Assembly: GCA_964394185.1 (NCBI GenBank)
Contig: CAYMWM010000008.1
Location: forward strand, 1-49,734
Direction: 5' to 3'
Length of the DNA: 49,734 bases
From: an uncultured Smithella sp.
Lineage (GTDB): Bacteria; Desulfobacterota; Syntrophia; Syntrophales; Smithellaceae
Part shown: positions 47,445 to 49,734 of the stretch, one piece after another
How the letters are laid out: every line of letters begins with the position of its first letter
Position numbering within the stretch: the first letter of the stretch is position 1
The notes under the pieces: generated by a model
Seen by the model: the letters and a program-made list of their open reading frames with translations, nothing else
What the model was told of the DNA's origin: nothing
The model's database searches: none
Position numbers and translations under genes: made by a program

Positions 47445-47990
47445 ATGATGAAGAATATTTTTCAAAATTACAGGATGATGGGAACGGTAACATTGATCTC
47501 AGCCGTTTTCTTTTTAATGTTTGCCTTTCTCAACGTCGAGACCAGCATTGCGAAGACAATTGAAAATTCAGGCGTCGAGTGTAGTAAAGACATCGCGAAA
47601 AATGTCGTGCATTCAGCTGCACGGGGATTGGGTGAAATCCTGAAGGACGTCAAGGAGGAGGACAAGCGCATTACCCTTATTCGCAGTTTCATCAGTCCCA
47701 TTCGCTTCTATAAGGATAAATCGGGGTATTTTTATGTTTATAACACCAAGTGTGTGAATTTAGCTCATGCTACGCAGAAAGATTTGCAGGGTAAAAATCT
47801 TTATGACCATAAAGATGTAAAAGGGAAGTACGTTATTCGTGAACTGAATGCTGCAGCAAAGAAGGGAGGCGGCTTTGTCGAATTTTATTGGGTGAAACCG
47901 GGCACCAAAGGTGAACAAAGGAAAATGGGTTACGTTGAGCCTATTCCGGGTACGGACTATTTTATCGGAACGGGAGTATATCTTCAGTAA
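47445..47990 (+). CDS. secreted/anchored single Cache-domain (sCache_2-like) protein
   Basis: AGGAGG SD. N-terminal hydrophobic helix. GYFYVYN...HATQKDLQGKNL...GGGFVEFYWVKPG...DYFIGTGVY pattern. Confidence 0.75.
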   Translation: MMKNIFQNYRMMGTVTLISAVFFLMFAFLNVETSIAKTIENSGVECSKDIAKNVVHSAARGLGEILKDVKEEDKRITLIRSFISPIRFYKDKSGYFYVYNTKCVNLAHATQKDLQGKNLYDHKDVKGKYVIRELNAAAKKGGGFVEFYWVKPGTKGEQRKMGYVEPIPGTDYFIGTGVYLQ

Positions 47991-48006
47991 ACAGTTATAA
48001 ACGGGA

Positions 48007-48222
48007 CTGTTGAAAAACGCTCATCTGCTGTGTTGCGCTGCAAACCGAACCGCTCAACGTATGTCTATATACGCCTCGCGGTTCGCCTTTGCGCGCCTTA
48101 CATCTGAACATATTGTAAAATCCTACGGATTTTACCGGCAAGAAAAGTGCTATTTATATTTGCGCTTCCCTGGGGGAATGCGCTTCCGGTGAACAGCGCT
48201 TAAACAAAGGCGTTTTCAACAG
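48007..48222. repeat. 216-bp structured element bounded by inverted termini (MITE/REP-like element or structured RNA)
   Basis: CTGTTGAAAAACGC (48007-48020) versus GCGTTTTCAACAG (48210-48222). Internal 17-bp imperfect hairpin (48035-48053 / 48078-48096). Perfect 9-bp hairpin (48115-48135). Duplicated GCGCTTCC. Confidence 0.4.
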
Positions 48223-48241
48223 ATCCTTAGTCTGAAATTTA

Positions 48242-48868
48242 ATGTTTTGCCCGAAATGCAAAAGCGAATACTGTGAAGGTTTTTATAAATGTGCCGACTG
48301 CGTTAATGATCTGGCTGATCAATTGCCGCAGGGCGATGATGATTTGGGGGATAGTGAATATGCGGAGGTTTTCTCCACATATCATCAAGACGATATCTCT
48401 TTTTTAAAATCAGTCCTCGACGGCAAAAACATAACCTACTTTTTTCAGGGAGAGAATTCCATCATACTTGTTGCCGTAAGTGCCTATACATGGCTCATGG
48501 TGAAAGCGGACGATGTTCCCCGGGCAAAAGAAATTTTACAGGATTTGGGACTTTCGGAACAGGATACATCCTCCCGGATTCCTCATGGGCTGAGGAATCC
48601 GGGAGGATGTATTTTATTTAATTTCCGTGTGGTAGCTTTGCAGCGATTTGGCGCGGCCATGTCCCTGCTGGAAAGCAGCGATGCCCTTAACCGCGGCGAC
48701 AGCCGCAGCGATGGTCGTGATATAAGGTATCTTGTATTTAATTGCTGCCTTGCGGATATAGGAATCATCGTATTTGCTGAGGCGCCCCGCCGGCGTATTG
48801 ATCACCAGTTGAATCTCACCGTTTTTGATGGCGTCAACGATGTTGGGCCTGCCCTCATGCATTTTTAA
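48242..48868 (+). CDS. zinc-ribbon plus DUF2007-like small signalling-type protein with an anomalous C-terminal extension
   Basis: CPKC...CADC ribbon, then a DUF2007-like segment (EVFSTYHQDDISFLKSVLDGKNITYFFQ...PRAKEILQDLG). The last ~90 codons are antisense to carB and lie beyond a terminator hairpin. Confidence 0.55.
   Translation: MFCPKCKSEYCEGFYKCADCVNDLADQLPQGDDDLGDSEYAEVFSTYHQDDISFLKSVLDGKNITYFFQGENSIILVAVSAYTWLMVKADDVPRAKEILQDLGLSEQDTSSRIPHGLRNPGGCILFNFRVVALQRFGAAMSLLESSDALNRGDSRSDGRDIRYLVFNCCLADIGIIVFAEAPRRRIDHQLNLTVFDGVNDVGPALMHF
48573..48603. terminator. bidirectional terminator hairpin between convergent genes
   Basis: Perfect 13-bp stem CCCGGATTCCTCA / TGAGGAATCCGGG with a 5-nt loop. 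T-rich tract on the plus side. Lies 10 nt beyond the carB stop on the minus side. Confidence 0.6.
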
Positions 48869-49734
48869 AATTTTCTCGGATTCTATGCCGTTTTCTTTCA
48901 GGAAATTATGAGTTCCCTCGGAAGCCCTGATTTTAAATCCAATTTTCTTGAACGCGCGCGCCACTTCCAGAACGCCACCCTTGTCTTTTTCCTCTACAGT
49001 CAGCAGAACGGTTCCCCCGGAAGGAAGATTCTGCTGGGTTGCCTCCTGCGCTTTGTAGTAGGCCAAACCGAAGGAATCTGCCAAACCAAGAACTTCTCCT
49101 GTAGAACGCATTTCCGGGCCCAGAATCGGATCAACCTCAGGATACATATTGAAGGGGAACACGGCTTCTTTGACGCCAAAATGGCTGAATGATTTATTTT
49201 TCAGATTTAGATCCTTCAATTTTTTACCCAGCATGATTTGTGTCGCCAGACGCGCCATGGAGACGCTGCATACCTTGGAAACCAGCGGCACCGTCCGTGA
49301 AGCGCGGGGATTGGCCTCCAGAATGTAAACCACATCGTTGGCAATCGCGTATTGAATGTTCATCAGGCCGACAACGCCAAACTCGATTGCGATTTTTTTG
49401 GTATATTCATTGATGGTATCGATATGGCGCAGTGGGATGCTGACCGGCGGAATAACACAGGCGGAGTCGCCGGAATGTACTCCTGCCAGTTCTATATGTT
49501 CCATGACTGCGGGAACGAAAGCATCCGTTCCGTCGGAAATAGCATCAGCCTCGGCTTCGATGGCGTTTTCTAAAAACTTGTCAATAAGGATGGGACGGTC
49601 GGGCGTAACGCCGACAGCCGCATTAACATAGCGTTTCAGCATATCTTCATCATGAACGACTTCCATGCCGCGCCCGCCCAGAACGTAAGAGGGACGAACC
49701 ATCAGCGGATAGCCGATTTCGCCTGCAACCTTAA
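48614..49734 (-). CDS. carB: carbamoyl-phosphate synthase large subunit, C-terminal part (gene continues beyond the window)
   Basis: EIGYPLMVRPSYVLGGRGMEVV ATP-grasp segment and C-terminal MGS-like domain (GGTVLLTVEEKDK...). The frame stays open to the window edge. Confidence 0.93.
   Translation of the reverse strand, partial: KVAGEIGYPLMVRPSYVLGGRGMEVVHDEDMLKRYVNAAVGVTPDRPILIDKFLENAIEAEADAISDGTDAFVPAVMEHIELAGVHSGDSACVIPPVSIPLRHIDTINEYTKKIAIEFGVVGLMNIQYAIANDVVYILEANPRASRTVPLVSKVCSVSMARLATQIMLGKKLKDLNLKNKSFSHFGVKEAVFPFNMYPEVDPILGPEMRSTGEVLGLADSFGLAYYKAQEATQQNLPSGGTVLLTVEEKDKGGVLEVARAFKKIGFKIRASEGTHNFLKENGIESEKILKMHEGRPNIVDAIKNGEIQLVINTPAGRLSKYDDSYIRKAAIKYKIPYITTIAAAVAAVKGIAAFQQGHGRAKSLQSYHTEIK

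Noticed and set aside
48010-48192. 60-aa ORF inside the structured 216-bp element.
   Set aside because: It has no SD, starts with a non-ATG codon inside the terminal repeat, and is made of hairpin arms. It is better explained as a non-coding repeat or RNA.
48160-48200. GGGAA...GGTGAA string reminiscent of part of a cobalamin riboswitch core.
   Set aside because: There is no B12-box-like GCCACTG element and the overall stem arrangement does not match. The resemblance is limited to a few bases.
1-49734. CRISPR arrays, rRNA genes, IS transposases, retron or reverse-transcriptase genes.
   Set aside because: No regularly spaced direct repeats, no rRNA-like sequence, and no DDE/RT motifs were found in any long ORF.

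Overview
This looks like a chromosomal window, possibly from a Desulfobacterota/deltaproteobacterium-like organism; that guess rests on gene content only. It splits into two parts.

(1) Positions ~727-18618 are an integrase-bearing genomic island next to secG and tRNA-Leu(GAG). It carries three stacked defence modules:
- A translationally coupled Type I R-M operon, hsdM / Mrr-like nuclease / hsdS / hsdR.
- An XRE-ImmA/IrrE metallopeptidase gene overlapping a PIN nuclease gene, with an unannotated 57-codon ORF divergent from it.
- A visibly AT-rich minus-strand operon matching the Qat architecture (KAP P-loop NTPase, unknown protein, QueC-like PP-loop ATPase, TatD-like hydrolase), plus a fifth SD-preceded 91-aa ORF.

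The island ends with an excisionase-like HTH gene and a tyrosine integrase facing the 3' end of the tRNA.

(2) Positions ~18.7-49.7 kb look core-like. They contain:
- secG, an MBL hydrolase and nth.
- A membrane-anchored sigma-54 activator with a candidate UAS, a -24/-12 promoter and a Trp-rich membrane protein target.
- A CYTH / Tat-signal flavodoxin-ferredoxin / CN-hydrolase string, a DUF853 ATPase and hrpA.
- An aryl-polyene-like specialised fatty-acid/lipid cluster whose ACP gene appears frameshifted.
- A PAS-GGDEF cyclase, a methyltransferase, a PEBP protein and a Cache protein.
- A 216-bp highly structured element with inverted termini.
- A zinc-ribbon/DUF2007-like ORF that runs through a terminator hairpin into the antisense of carB (partial at the window edge).

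No CRISPR array, rRNA or transposase was seen. All family calls come from motifs read by eye; no database search was possible.
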